Source: the human T2T-CHM13v2.0 reference genome, Homo sapiens
Assembly: GCF_009914755.1 (NCBI RefSeq)
Contig: NC_060928.1
Direction: 5' to 3' (one strand)
Length of the DNA stretch: 64,000 bases
A model generated the notes under the pieces. It searched no databases and was not told the DNA's origin. It saw only the letters and a list, made by a program, of their open reading frames with translations. Positions 42,580 through 57,372 of this stretch are shown in pieces; the stretch's first letter is position 1, and each line of letters opens with the position of its first letter. The translations under genes were made by a program, and so were the position numbers.

Positions 42580-42630
42580 TCAATTGATGAGATAATAACA
42601 CTAGGGAGAAGCATTGTATTTCAGAAAAAA

Positions 42631-42688
42631 AATATATATATATACATATGTGTGTGTGTGTGTGTATGTGCATGTGTATATATATATA
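42631..42688. repeat. (TA)n/(TG)n microsatellite
   Basis: Seen directly. Confidence 0.9.
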
Positions 42689-42869
42689 AGCCCTACATCA
42701 CAAGCCTACAGATCTGCATCCTACATCATGACTATGAATTCTTTATCAAAAAAAAGTTGAATCTGGAAGTTAAAAATCACTGTGTCTATCAGACAGTTTA
42801 ACTTGTAGACTTGTTTTGAGGTTCACATGGCAGATTTGTGAAACATTCTTCTTAAATTATTAAGTATGT

Positions 42870-43310
42870 TTTAGTGTTAGGTTTGGCTCTGAGTGAAAGA
42901 AATGTAAATATAAGAGTAGCTTAAGTAAGACAAACTTCACTTGCTTCTATGTAAACATAGTGAATTCAAGTCTATCGTAATTCCTCCATTCTCTGCAGGA
43001 ACTCAAGATCCTTTTATTATCTTAATTTACCATCTTTAACACATGTATTTCACTTTGTAGTTATAGCAGAGGACCTTGTGGTTCAAGAAGGAGAATTTGA
43101 AGCACACCCATCACCTCCAGAGTCTTCCAGAAATATGTACACAACTTTTCCACTTACAAATATTTGGTCATATTTAACTGGCTAAACTCTCCTGCTGGGG
43201 GGTTTAAAATGTAGTCTTTATTCTAGGTCACCATTTCCTTAGTTAAACATCTGGCACTTATTATTCTAGAAAAAGGGAATGAACACTGGGAAACAACTAG
43301 CACTCTGCCA
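42870..43310 (-). mobile_element. MLT1J-like old MaLR LTR
   Basis: aaatgtagtctttattct...ctagcactctgccaca terminus; diverged. Confidence 0.55.
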
Positions 43311-43311
43311 C

Positions 43312-43625
43312 AATTATTATTATTATTATTATTATTATTTTTGAGACAGAGTCTCGCTCTGTAGCCGAGGCTGGAGTGCAGTGATGCAATGTCAGCTCAC
43401 TGGAACCTCTGTCTCCCAGGTTCAAGCAATTCTTCCTGCCTCAGCCTCCCAGGTAGCTGGGATTACAGGCGCCCACCACCATGCCCAGCTAATTTTTTAT
43501 TATTTAGTAGAGATGGGGTTTCACCATGTTGGCCAGGCTGGCCTTTAACTCCTGACCTTAGGTGATCCACCCACCTTGGCCTCCCAAAGTGCTGGGATTA
43601 TAGGCACGAGCCACTGTGCCCGGCC
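43312..43625 (-). mobile_element. AluSx-like with (TAA)n tail
   Basis: Reverse Alu dimer. Confidence 0.96.
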
Positions 43626-44179
43626 CACAAAATATTATCAGTGATCAATGCATGTGCATTGATATGCACTGAGAGGGCTGCTCCTGAGTTGTGCACAGTA
43701 GAGAAATAGAGAAGTCCTGAGTAATGTGGTAAGGCACCATCTGGCACTGCCATAAAGCAACATCCCCACAATAGTGCAACTAGGCCTGGCAAGAGGAGGA
43801 GGAGCATTGTGATATGGCCCCCTCACAAATAAGTTGATGAACATCAAGGAGACATCTTCCAACAAAGATTGGAACTTTTCTTTGTGGCATCTAGGGATGT
43901 GAATACTAGTAAGAGATACACTGAAAAGGTCATCAGCAACATCAAACATAAAGAAAAAAGGGAAAAAAAGAAACATAGCTAAACAAATCTAAGGAAGGGC
44001 AAATGTGAGATCTGGTACCCTTTCCATAACTTGTGCTATAAGGCACAAGTTTCTGGGGTTATTGCAATGAACACAAATTCCCCACTCACAGAGAGCTTAG
44101 ATTCTAGTAAGTCATAGATTCTGATGTTGAGAAATACAGAGAACATTTATTTTGTCTATTATTTGATGTATAAACATTT

Positions 44180-45010
44180 GTAATACACGTCTGGTCAGTG
44201 GTCATCCACATGGAACATTTCCAATGATGGGGAAGTCACTACCTTTTGAATATTTTAAGAAACTTAATTACCTATCTTTTAAAATTGTCGATTCCATTTG
44301 GTAATAGTCAAAATCCAAGAAAGGAGTTAAGCAGAAACAAACACAAACCTACACCTTACTTTTGTCCTGCAGTCTGAAGCCATACATTCTCATCTATCTT
44401 TTCTAATAGATTCTTCATGTATTTGAAGATATTTTGTAACATTACAAATTATAAGTCCCGTAGAAATTTTAAGTCATTGTGTCTAGTCAACCACCTAATT
44501 TACTAACAGTCATTTACTAATAGTCTTACAGAGTAGACATCTGATGCAGTGTTTACTGGATGAAAATGTAAAGAAATGTTTGAGAGTTTTCAAGGGCAAA
44601 AAAATATATCCTTTTCCAGGAAAGCATATTTTTTTGGTAGCTAGCTCTAATCAATAGAAAGGCCCTCATTATTCTTGTATCATAGCTTTCTGCCTATAGT
44701 GTTCCTTCTAGTGTTTCCTTCTGCTCCCTGGGGTAATATAGAACAAGTCCCTTCCATCTTCCACACTACAGCCCTTCAAATATTGACAGTCAATTATCAC
44801 GTCCTCTGAGTCTTCAGTGTCTAAGTTATATATTCCCAGTACTATAAATTTTTCTGTAATTCCACAATGTGAGTCTCCTCAGCCTCTTCTCTGTTTGCTA
44901 CTGAGAACACCCTGAAGAATAAAGGTCTTGATGAAATGTCATGCCCCAAACTAAATACAGTATACTAGGTACAGAGCAATAAGTGCAGACTAGTATAAAA
45001 TATAATGATG
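44180..45010 (-). mobile_element. L3/CR1 LINE fragments
   Basis: ccaatgatggggaagtcactacc; cagcccttcaaatatt; tgccccaaactaaatacagtatact. Confidence 0.55.
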
Positions 45011-46256
45011 CTCTCTATAGCACCTTTAAAGAATTTATCCATTTCTTCTCTCAACTAGGATGTACTATTGTGCTTACAATCAAAAGGGTACATATACATA
45101 CATACTAGTGTCATATTTGTTTCTCCCACTCTATATTGGGGGCATACCTTGGCATTCAAATGTCATATGCTTTTGCTATTTGTATTTTTTTTCTATATTT
45201 TATTGCTGTTACAATAGAAATCAAGCTAGGAACTTTAAAAATACCCAATATTAATAGGATTTCAAGAAGCATATATTGCTGGTGTTAATCAAACTTTTGG
45301 AGACATTCATTAAAAGTAAAATGCAACATTGGGCATGAGGCTGATATTATTTGACACTGTAGTACATATCTGGGGATTTTATGCTAAGAAAACATTCCAA
45401 GATAAGGGAAATCTAGAAATTGAAAATTTTGATGCATCCTAAAATTTCAATTACTCATATTATGGATAACACAATTTTTCTTTTAAAAAGTTGTTTGTGG
45501 ATGGTGATTACTCAATAGATAATTATTTAAACAGTGGAGAAATGACAGAGGTATAGGTTTGAGCATCTTTGGAAATGCAGTGGATCCTGGTACTGGGAAA
45601 CACATTCAGACTCATTTTTTTTGAGATAGAAGAGCTTTAGGGATAAATTGCAGAGACCTTCCAATAAAGTTTTTTTTTGTGGATATATAATATTTACCTA
45701 AGGAAAAATATATTTCTTTCAAATATCAGGCAATTGCCAGTAGGGTCAGCTATAAAGCTTTCTAATTGATTATGAGGATCAGTGTTACCTTAGCCAGCAA
45801 TGGTATTCTCCACTAACATTTTTTCCATCTTGGGGTTCTGAATAAACATATTGGATTGAACTCTTCTCATATTTTATTTAGTGAAAGGTATCTTTTTTGG
45901 CTTGAATAAGATAAGAAATTTATGCTTTGAACTGTCTCAAGGCCATCTAACTGGATAGTCATTAAGTCGGCTAGCCCGACACTCAAATGTAGCTTCACCT
46001 CTTTTTTCAATGACAAGTATGGCTTCAAAAGTCAGAATATGGTATTGAGAATATTTTTTTGGTGCAAAGGTGGCCAACTGATACAACTTAACATAAGATT
46101 TTAAAACTTATTTCGTAAACTTCACCTTAGATGTTAGCTAATTTTGGCTTTTGATTGTTTTGTTTTTCCTGCTTCATAATAATAGCTTTCTCTCTATATT
46201 TTTTTTTACAATGTATTGAGTGTCTATCTTAACTCCAAATAAAAAGTGGGCAAAGG

Positions 46257-46561
46257 GGCCGGGCATGGTGGCTCACGCCTGTAATCCCAGCACTTTGGGA
46301 GGCCGAGGCGGGTGGATCACAAGATCAGGAGATGAAGACCATCCTGACTAACACGGTGAAACCCCGTCTCCACTGAAAAAAAAAAAAAAAAAAAAATGAG
46401 CCGGGCGTGGTGGCAGGCGCCTGTAGTCCCAGCTACTCGGGAGGCTGAGGCAGGAGAATGGCGTGAACCCGGGAGGCAGAGCTTGCAGTGAGCGAGATCG
46501 CGCCACTGCACTTTCGCCTGGACGACAGAGCGAGACTCCGTCTCAAAAAAAAAAAAAAAAA
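46257..46561 (+). mobile_element. AluY with expanded middle A tract
   Basis: Y-diagnostic positions; perfect 16-bp TSD aaaaagtgggcaaagg. Confidence 0.96.
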
Positions 46562-46597
46562 AAAAAAGTGGGCAAAGGACATGAATAGATATTTTTT

Positions 46598-47092
46598 AAA
46601 TTATTATTTTTTTAAGTTATGGGGTACGTGCAGGATGTGCAGTTTTGTTGCATAGATAAACATGTGCCATGGTGTTTTTTCGCACTTGTCAACCCATCAT
46701 CTGGGTATTAAGCCCAGCATACATTAGCTCTTTTCCCAAATGCTCTCCCCTACACCCTCCTAAGACAGACCCCAGTGTGTGTTGTTTCCCTCCCTGTGTC
46801 CCTGTGTCCATGTGTTCTCATTGTTCAGCTTCCACTTATAATTGAGAACATGTGGTGTTCGGTTCTCTGTTTCTGCATTAGTTTGTCGAGGATAATGGCT
46901 TCCAGCTTCATCCATGTCCCTGCAAAGGGCATAATCTCATTCCTTTTTATGGCTGTGTAGTATTCCATGGTGTATATGTACCACATTTTCTTTATCCAGT
47001 CTATCATCGATGGGCATTTGGGTTGATTCCATGTCTTTGCTATTGTGAATAGTGCTGCAATAAGCATACTCATGCATGTATCTTTATAGTAG
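46598..47092 (-). mobile_element. 5'-truncated L1PA (PA8-10-like)
   Basis: L1PA 3'UTR in reverse; TSD-like agatattttttaaa / agacattttttaaa. Confidence 0.88.
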
Positions 47093-48259
47093 AAGACATT
47101 TTTTTAAAAAAGAAAACATATAAATGACCAATAAGCATATGAAAAAAAATGTTCAACATCAGTAATTGTCAAAGATATGCAAACGAAAATAATGAGATAC
47201 CATCTTATAGCAGTCATAAAGACTATTATTAAAAAGACAAAACATAGTGGATGTTGGTGAAAATGTGGAGAAAAGGGAATACTTACACCTTTGTTAATGG
47301 AAATGTAAATTAGTGCAACGTCTACCAAAAACTGTATAGATATTTCTCAAATAACTAAAAATGGAATTTCCATTTGATCCAGAAATAATATTACTGGGTA
47401 TCTGTCTGAAGGAAGAGGAATTATTATACCAAAAAGATACCTAAGTTTTTATATTTATCACAGCATTATTTACTATAGCAAAGATACGGAATCAACCTAA
47501 GTATCCATCAACATGTGATTGAATAAAGAAAATGTGATATGCAAACACCATGAGATACTATTCAGCTATAAAAAATAAAATAAAATCATGTTTTTTGCAG
47601 CAATAGGGATGGCATTAACGGTCAGTATCTTAACTGAAACAACTCAGAAACAGAAAGTCAAGCACTGCATATTATCACTTATAATTAAATAAAGCTAAAT
47701 AAAGCAGGCACATGGACAGAGATGTAGAATGATAGACACTGGAGACCCAGAAGGATGAGGGTAGGGTGGAAAAGGGATGAATGATTTAAAAAAATTCTTA
47801 ATGAGTACAATTTAGATTATTCGAGTGATAAATACATTAAAAACACAGACTTCACCATTAAACAATATATTCATGTAACAATATTGCACTTGTAACCCCT
47901 AAAATTATACAAAAATAATAATTCTAAAATATTAGTAGCAATTTGTCAATATGAAGTAAATGATAAAAATGATGAAAACATGAAGACAGTGAATAAAATC
48001 ATACATTTTTAAAAACTCTACTCACCACAACCAAAGAATCTTAGGTTGTTATAAAAATCTATCTTCTTAGATTTTATTATACAAGTCATTTTGCTACTTG
48101 AAAGTCTTTGTTAAATGTCTTCCTCTAATTCACTCTTCTGATATGGCCCATTATGTTAATCTTTTAAAATGTGTTAATAATTCTCTTGGCAATAAGGTTT
48201 CTAAGAATAGGTGATGTGGCAATGCAATACTAATTGTGATAGTGATAGCATAGCATGGT

Positions 48260-48822
48260 ACACAGAATTATTTGATGGCCCTCAAATTCTGCCCAATGAT
48301 ATAGATGGTCCAATAATTCTATTCCCTTTAATGAGACTTGTGAATATGATGGGAGAATTGCTCCCTAGATTAGGTTAGGAAATATGCAAAAGGTGATTGG
48401 GTAGTCACTCTCCTGTTTATGTTATATAGAATTCAGTTTTAGTGGATTGAAGAAAGATTCTCTTGCTGGCTATGAGTAAGTAAGCTGCCATGTTCTAAAT
48501 CTTCATGTGGCTAGAACCTAACAGCAGGCTTTAGGATACAAGAAAGGCCCTAAGCCAGCAGCCAGCAAGCAAGCAGGGATATGAGTCCATCAACCACAGG
48601 AATTAAATTTTTCCAAGAATATGAATGCACTTGAGAAAGGATATCAAGCTCAAAATGAGAATGCAGCCTACTAACACTGTGATTTCAACATATAAAACCT
48701 AAGCGGGGATCCTGTCAAGCTGTACCCAAACTCCTGTCAAATGGAAACTGCAACATAAATAATGTGCATTATTTTAAGATGCTGCATTTATAATAATTTA
48801 CATAGCAATAGAAGCCTAATAC
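48260..48822 (+). mobile_element. MLT1E/F-like solo LTR
   Basis: gacttgtgaatatgatgg...taagctgccatgtt...cagccagcaag...atagcaatagaagcctaataca. Confidence 0.75.
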
Positions 48823-49330
48823 ACCGACATATTAGCAATCCTCAAAAGGGTGGTTCAGGAAGAGTAATGAAGCAAAAGTCCCCAGGCACTGTGAATTGAA
48901 TTACATTATGAGAAATACAAAGAAAGAACACTTAAAGGAAAGAAAAGTATATTAGAGACAATTGCCTTCTTCTTAGTAATATCACTTAGGGCTTGCCCTA
49001 ATTCTTTCTTGCAATGATTTTTATGTCTAATTTTATTGCCAGTTGAAAATCATGTCCTCTGGTGAAAGATAAAAAGAAGTATCCATAGTTTTAAAAATGA
49101 GTTTTCTATATGTTTCATTTAGTTAGCAAGAATCTGGACAAAACAGGATTAGCAACAGTAAATCGGTTGTGTGAATACATTATTTCTACTTACTACGTTT
49201 GTGAATTCTTATTTGCTTCAAAGCTGTAGTTGCAATGTATGTATAGTAACTCTCCCATCATACAGTCATTTAACAAGAAAATATAAACGAAGGAAGCTTT
49301 ATATTACAAGTAAAATTGTGGATAATAATA

Positions 49331-49679
49331 CATATGTTCTTGGATTTACAATGGTGTTCAGTCCTGATGAAATCACCACAAGTCGAAAATGTCCTACTGA
49401 AGTTGTATTTAAGACACTGAATCTACCAAATACTATAGCTTAATCTCACCTACTTACATTAGCCTACAGTTGGGCAAAATCACCTAACAACACAGCACAC
49501 TGCAGAGCATCTCTTGTTTACCCACATGATTGAGTGGCTGACTGGGAGCTGCGGCTCTGCCCCTGTCCAGCATCTGGAGAGACTATCACACAGCTTTCTA
49601 CTGAATGCATATCACTTAACATACCATTGTAAGATTGGAAAAATCATAAGTTGGACCATGGTAAATTCAGAACCATCTG
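49331..49679 (+). mobile_element. MER47 (TcMar-Tigger) MITE
   Basis: cttacattagcctacagttgggcaaaatca; gtggctgactgggagctgcggctc; degenerate cagatg/catctg termini. Confidence 0.85.
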
Positions 49680-52600
49680 TGTAATAATGTCACCTGTTTT
49701 ATTGGTTCCTCCATGAGAAAAAGATGGGATAATGCCTGTATATTTTTTGGGACATCCATTGACAGCATTAGAACAATCAGTAAATATTAATGATGATCAT
49801 CATTTTGATGATGTAGAATATTTTCCTAGTTTAATTATGGCCATTGTTGTATGTTTATGTTTTGAAATGCACATATATGCTCTCTAAGATCTGTTATTAA
49901 AGTCATCATTCTGGATTTGCACTATATTTCCTCTCTGCTTATATCATTGTTGGTAATGACTGCTGTTAAAATGGCTACAACACTGCACAGCTTTCTAATA
50001 CATCGATGGTGTTAATCTGTCTCAGATTTTACCCCTATATTCTGGTCATGTGATAGGTGAGAGCTTTCATCTTTAAATTCCAGATTTTAAATTCATACAG
50101 AGCTCTCTTTAGATCTGCCACTTATTCAAATTAGTAATCTCTTTATAATGGTAAGCAACAACTTGAAAGTTTTAAATAACTGAGAAAAGTCACTTAATGT
50201 GGCGTTCCCACACTTTAGTGTGACTTTTCCCCATTCATCTTTGGAAACATGTTTTTTAATTATTTTCTTTTCAATAAGTTCATTTTTCATCATATATATT
50301 TAAAAAGCAATTTCTTTAATCTCTAGCTATTATAATAAGTTGTTTTAAAATCATTGAGATTTTACTTAGTGAGAACAACTTTAGATATTATTTTCAGAAC
50401 TCAGTAAGAATCCTTAGAACTAAGGTGCCAGATGAATAGAAAGTAATGACTCTTCTGAGGGTAATTTGAAACATCATAAATGTGATATTATACATTCATT
50501 ATTACAAAAAAATTTGAAGTATTTTTATATTTCAATGATTTGTATTAGTATGCTCAAATATGACAGTAAGGAATGGAGACATATGTGATATATGCACACG
50601 TTTTCCTTCTAGTCCTGACTATTTAAAAATTTGTCATTAACCTGCTTTAACCTGATCTTTGAAAAGAGGAAAATGAAAATATAAGTATAGACATTTACTT
50701 CGGTTTTACAGATCGCATAGTTACACGTTGACATACATAAAAGCTTGTAGTGACAACAGTTCCTATCAGTTTACAAATTTCAAATGTGTAAAGGTATAAC
50801 AATCATAGAAATTTACAAGAAGAAGTAAGAGTAAAATATATTCAGTTACAAATACTGCTTGATGATTACGTAAATAGGATATAACATTCTCTATAGGATT
50901 TTGACTTCGCCAAGAGAAATAAACCCATTGAAATTTTTCCCAAATATTAGCTTTAATATTCTTTAGTAATACAACTAATGATGATAAACTTGTTTGAAAA
51001 AACAAGATGACGGATGCCCTGTTTGCTTTCTGCCAGAAGGTGCTACTTTCATCACGAATAGGAGATAGCACCAATTACTGTGACATCCAAGGGTTTCAGA
51101 ACCAGGGTAATTTGCTCTCTGAGGATTTTTCTATACACCATAAATGCAGATTTGCAAGCATATTTCACCTAGGCAACAAATGGACTCTGTCGTTGCTATC
51201 TGATTAGGTGACCACTTTGAAGACTGAAGATCACAGTAGGCTGATGGAAGCTTTGCCAAAGGGATGTCCTTTTACATGTTTTAGTCTCAGCAATTCCTTT
51301 TGGCTTACCACCCTTACAGCCAAATGTGGCCACAAATTAACTTTTCAAATAAAGCCCCATCTGATGTCCTCATTTTAACAGGTATGAGGTCAATTTGGTT
51401 AACGTGGAAATTCATGCTTTGCCTTATTTATAAAGTATATCCATATTACATACACTAAATCCAAAGTTTATGAGGCTAAAAGCATGAATCTACTTATTAA
51501 ATCAGCAAAGATTAGGTGAATATGCTTAGAGTGATACAATCTAGCTTAATATTAGCCATAAAACAAATATCTTACCTTTTCCAAATATATATTTTCTCAG
51601 GAAATATGAATAAATTAATTGTATGATAATAATACATGATTTCTAAGATTGTACTTGCCTAGTTTTAAGTAAGTGGTCAGTGAATACTTGCTGATTAAAA
51701 TAATGTTAAAGCCTTATTATTTTTAAACCCAAATAACTATTTGACTATTTTGTTTCTGTCTGGCAATTCCATACTACTGAAAAACAGCATATTATTTTCA
51801 TTTATTAACTGAGAATCATCTCTTCGTATTTAAGATTTATTCAAATATTCTTTAAGCACATCTTTGTTATAACTAAAGGATTATTAGAGGGTTCTAGGTT
51901 GTTGACTTAGGTTTTGAGTTAACAGAAATTGTGAATAAAACATGTTCAAGAGAAAACTAAAATTGGATATTAAATATGGTATATTTGCATTCCCTACATG
52001 ATGAATTTCTTTAAAATAAATCATTGAAAAAATTACTATGTTAAAAATATGATTGCAGTTTATATATATTGTCATGAAATATATATACACATATACTTTT
52101 TTGTTTCCTATACGTCTGCTATAACAACATGGCATAAATGAATTAGAAGTAGATAATTTGAGATGGTATGCAAATTTATTAAGGAAAGTATTTAAGTCAA
52201 CCCATGTTGGTCATGAAGATGATACTGTGCAGCTATTCAAACATGTGCCTTCTCATGTTGTTCAAAGACACTCGCATTTTCATGGATCATTTTATAAACT
52301 TAAAATATTATAATGCCAGACAATCTAATTCAAGTTCAGTTGATTTTAAGAGGGAAGTTTCCATAACATTACTCATTTGCACTTATAAAAAAAGTTTTTT
52401 TTTATTGAATGCAGATATTTTAATTACTTTCTTAAAATAAAGTATATACTTTATGAATATAGTATTTACTTATAAAACGATAAAGTCCACATTCTTATTA
52501 ACATAACACATTATTCAAACCACTAGGTTACATTCTGCAGTTATCAGAGACATTTTTCATCCTGTTAAACAAATAAATTATACTTACAAATAATTTTTGT

Positions 52601-53804
52601 TGAAAATTTATCTTTCTTATTTTAATCTATTAATGCCTCCGTGTTTACTAACTTGTTTTGAGAGACAGATTTTTGTGCTGGAGGAAACAGTCTCAGAAGA
52701 CAGAACTAGGAAATGTCTTTGAAGAATGCATTATATTTTAAAAGCTGACACTTTTGTTACAACAACAAAGTCACCTTACCTTTTTTTCAACAACGGAAGA
52801 AATTATGTTTTACCTTAACTATGAAGGACTAATGATAATTATTATCTACTCCAATGAAATGAATAATGTTTGTATGAACCATTGAAAAGTGGCTGAATCA
52901 AAGTTTTTCTTCATTCTACAAATGAGATAAAGTGAATACAATATCATAAAACAACTCCTGAGCATAGCACAGATTTCTCAAATGCATTTCTTCTAATCTT
53001 TGAGAATTTTTTGTCATGCATTGTTGGTTTACTTAATAAGCAAATACTTGCTCACCACCCACAAACCCACACATATTCATATTCTCATTCTTATTTCCTG
53101 CCATCTAAACATACTCTGAAGAAAACAGAAAATTATCATTCTCATTTTTCTTTGGTTGCTGGAAGAGTCATCCCTCAGAGTGTGGGGGATATAGATAAGT
53201 AGATCTACTACCGATGAAAATAAATGCTTTCTGCAAGCAAGTTTTATTGTTTTTTTTTTTTAAATAATCCAACAAATTGTGAGAATACTCCCTAATGGAA
53301 AGCAATGTTATGCAATTGGTTGTATCAATAAATATTTTAAGCCTAATGGGATGATCAAAGTAGCAAAAATGTTAATATATGTAACTTGGTTCCATTATTT
53401 TATAACAGCTGATATCAGAAGCTTGTATATGTGACTGGAAATTTGGGAGGAAACTGTATACACCGTGACTATATTCGTGACAATGAATGAGTAAAGGAAA
53501 CATGTGCTTTACTAACTTTTGGTTTTCAGGAGATGTTGAATTCAGAATTACTCCTACTGGAGGTTGATTTTTAAACACCACTGCTGCTGGAAGTATGCAT
53601 AAGAGAGAAGCACCTAGGCACTTATAATTAATGAGCCACATTCAGGAATGAGTACAAGCATAAAATGAGAAAGTTGGTGGGTTTACTGTAATTGGGAACA
53701 GAGGGATAATTAGAGGACTTATTGACAATGGGTCTAAGTCCCTTTGAGTGTCTTGGTAAGTCAAGGTGTTACTTTTATGGGATAATGTTGCTGTCAAATT
53801 ACTT

Positions 53805-54137
53805 TCTTCTTTCTTTCTTTCTTTTTCTTTTGTCTTTTTTTTTTTTTCTTTTGAGGAAGGGTCTTGCTCTGTCACCAGGCTGCAGTGCAGTGGCACAATC
53901 ATTACTCACTGCAGGCTCAACCTCCTAAACTCAGTCGGTCCTCCCCAACTCAGCCTCCCAAGTAACTGGGACTACAGCAGGTATGCGCCACCACGCCTGG
54001 CTAATTTTTGTATTTTTGGTAGAGATGGGGTCTTGCCATTTTGCCCAGGCTTGTCTTGCACACTTGAACTCAAGTAATCTGCCCATCTCAGACCCACAGA
54101 GAGCTGGGATTACAGGTGTGAGCCACTGAGACTGGCC
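53805..54137 (-). mobile_element. AluJ
   Basis: gggtcttgctctgtcacc...ggcacaatcattactcactgcag; J-type diagnostics. Confidence 0.93.
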
Positions 54138-55011
54138 TACACATTGTTTTAGGTAAGTTGGATCTGTGTTTATAAACATATATCTGTGGATATATGTTTA
54201 TATATCATAAAAAATACTAAAACAATGAAAGCATTATATCCTCAAATTTTTGATAAATTTGATAATTATAATGTTACTAAAGCTGTGAGCCACAAATGTT
54301 TACACAGATTTGAAATGTAGAATGTTGTATATTTCAGAGTAATCAGTTACTCTTCTATTGATTGTGGATAGTGAATTTCTAACATTCAAAATAATCTTGG
54401 GGAGAAATCAATAAATATGCTTATATGTAATTCCTTGAATAAACAGAATTGATGAGGGTGAAAGCTTACCTCCATTGCCTTACAAAATGACTGATCTATG
54501 CACAGATGAAAATTTTATTTCCCTCATACATGCTTCCAGAAGTTCCATATTTCCTAGTATGTACGTTAGAGTTCTCAAATGTACTAACAATGGCCTTTAA
54601 GCATCGTAAATTTCATTCCAGTTTTACTCCTCCATGTTTCTGGAAGTATGATTTGAGCAGTGTAATTGAAAAATTTCATCTGATACTATTTTGTTCTGAA
54701 ACAAGATGAGAAAGTCTAAATTAAAATAAAAGGGGAAGAAAACTATTGCCAGATTTGGTAGCATTGTTCACAAACCTTCAGCTAGTATAAAGTGAGGTTT
54801 TTTGTGTACTAGATAGGGATTCATGAGGTCCCTATAGCATAAGATAAAGAACGAAAATAAAGTATTCTCTCCTCTTAGTTATAAGAGATGTACTACTATG
54901 ATTATTTGTTTTATTTTTTATAATAATATACATAGTCTGTAATTACTAATTTACTTTGTTCTGTATGCTTCATATCCAGTCCATTCGAACAACAATTGGA
55001 ATCTCGATATT

Positions 55012-55344
55012 TGTTTTTTTGTTTTTGTTTTTTTTTTGTTTTTTGTTTTTTGTTTTTTGTTTTTGAGACAGAGTCTCACTCTGTCTCCAGGCTGGAGTGC
55101 AATGGAACGATCTCGGGTCTACTGCAACCTCTGCCTCCTGGGTTCAAGCAATTCTCCTGCCTCAGTCTCCCGAGTAGCTGGGACTACAGGTGCATGCCAC
55201 TATGCCCAGCTAATTTTTGTATTTTTAGTAGAGACGGGGTTTCACCATGTTGGCAAGGATGGTCTTGATCTCGTGACCTCGTGATCTGCCCGCCTTGGCC
55301 TCCCAAAGTGCTGGGATTACAGGTGTGAGCCACTGCACCCAGCC
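55012..55344 (-). mobile_element. AluSc-like
   Basis: aggatggtcttgatctcgtgacctcgtgatc. Confidence 0.94.
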
Positions 55345-57169
55345 TTGATCTTTCTTTTGATTCTATACTTTACTGTCACACTCAAGGCCTTGAGAGATAC
55401 AAAACAATAAAATTGTGTCTGCTAACTAGTCTTTAGAATATACTCTTAATGTAAAATTCATCTCTCCCTTCCTGTTCAATAAAAATATCTATTTCCCTTT
55501 CTCTCTTTAGATTAGTAAATAATATAGTTTTCTATTTTTCATTGCTCAGAATGCTCTTACAGGAGACATGTCATGGCTCAAAGAATGACTATAACTTTAG
55601 CTCTTCTAATTTATTAATTATTTTTGAACAAAAGATAAATCTACCAGTCTTGACAATTTTAAAGTAGTCATGAAAACTGGCTGTCTACCATCCCTTTATT
55701 TTGCAAACTAGAGGTTATTTTTCCATCCCTTTCCTGTCATCATTTATAAACCAAGTCTTAATTTTTGTTCATGTCCTTACATCTAAGAACATGTTTTCAA
55801 TTCAATCTCATGTAATTTTTATTTATTGATTAATACCCATGAACCTGAGTCTCTTTCAGAAGGCAGGGATCCACAGACATCAAGAGAAAAATGGACTGAC
55901 TTACACAAAGTATACATTTGGGGTGGGTAAAAATGCATATAAAATACCAGTCACCAAGCAAATATAATAAGTAAAATGTTTAAAAATATTAATAATATAA
56001 TGATTAGGAAGAAAAGTAACTAGAATGAAACTTCCAACCTACAAAAATAAAATAAACTTACCTTTTATTTAAAAAGTTCAAATATGGAAGCACTAAATCA
56101 AATATTTCTTTATCTTCCTGGAAATTTTATAAAGAAAAATGGACATAGGTAAGCTATTTTTAACATAAAAAGTATTAGACATGAAAGAAAATAAATCATG
56201 TCAAACAAAGGAGAATATATAGGGATCACAAGAATTGGAAGTCAGCTAATCTTAAATCTGGTATTAAAATGCTGATTTGGGCAAATCCTTTGATCTCTTA
56301 CCTCTATTTTTAACTTATAAAATATGGGAGGTTACTTCGATTAGTGTTTTCAGATCGTGCTCCACAGAACCCAAAGTTTTGAATTCACATGGTTTATTTG
56401 GGTGATGGTGGAAATGATCAGGTCACTAGAGACCCCCCAATACCTATCTGACTAGCTCTGTTCATATCTATTACATATTTAAGGGCTACATATATATTCG
56501 GTTTGAAAAAGTAACTTAATGCTACTAATAAAATATCAATCTTTATACCATTCTGAATTCGAATGTTCCATGATGCTATGATACACAATGTGAAAAAGTC
56601 AGGATGAATATCTATCCTTTGTCTTTGTTTTTCATTTAATGCCTGCTGTATGCCCTTAATTTCTGAAAGAGCCTGGTTTTAGCATAAAATACCTTAATGC
56701 TACAAACACTGTCAATAGTACCAATAATATCTGTAAGGATTCGAAAGAACTCTCCAAGATGTAGACAAGAAAAAGATGTTACCAGCTCTGACAATCTAGT
56801 TATGAACAATACAGATCAATGATTCAAGGTAGAGTGGGGTATGGGGTAGAAGGCTGTATAAAGTACATAGAAAAGGAGAGGGAAGTCGAAATATTTGAGG
56901 ATCCAAATGATACAGATTCTGCTTGATGAGAAAGTCTGCTTGAATTATTTATAGATGTCTTCCTAACAAGCTGCAGAAAAGGCCTTACTCTTTCTAAGCA
57001 TAGACTGTATAGGCATGCCCTTTCAGAAGTTTAAGGGCATAAGGGAGGGCTACACATCTGTACATTCAATAAATATTAACTAGGTGCTCTGATAGATTGT
57101 GGCAATACAGCATTAAAATCTTATTTTAATTCTACCCTCAAAAAAAAATGTAATCTACAGTTTGCCATA

Positions 57170-57372
57170 CCTTAGACCACTAGCTATTGTGGCGATTTAA
57201 AATTAAACAAATTAAAATAAAATAAGACCAATAATTCACTTTCTTGGTCATGCTATATGACTACATCAATGACTTAATAGTGACATATGGCTAGTGACTG
57301 CTGCACTGGACAACTCAGATCATGGAATATTTCCTTCATTGCGGATAGCTTTATTGAGCATTAATGGACTAG
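57170..57372. mobile_element. MER3/MER33-type hAT MITE
   Basis: ccactagctattgtggc...catatggctagtgactgctgcactggaca. Confidence 0.7.

Larger units (their letters stand above)
46228..47920 (+). mobile_element. L1PB-like 3' fragment hosting AluY and L1PA insertions
   Basis: aaaaagtgggcaaaggacatgaataga continues after both inserts (47093 onward) to the 3'UTR ...ttgcacttgtaacccctaaa. Confidence 0.82.

Noticed and set aside
45967-45981. gtcgg-ctagc-ccgac mini-hairpin
   Set aside because: A 5-bp stem is at chance level.
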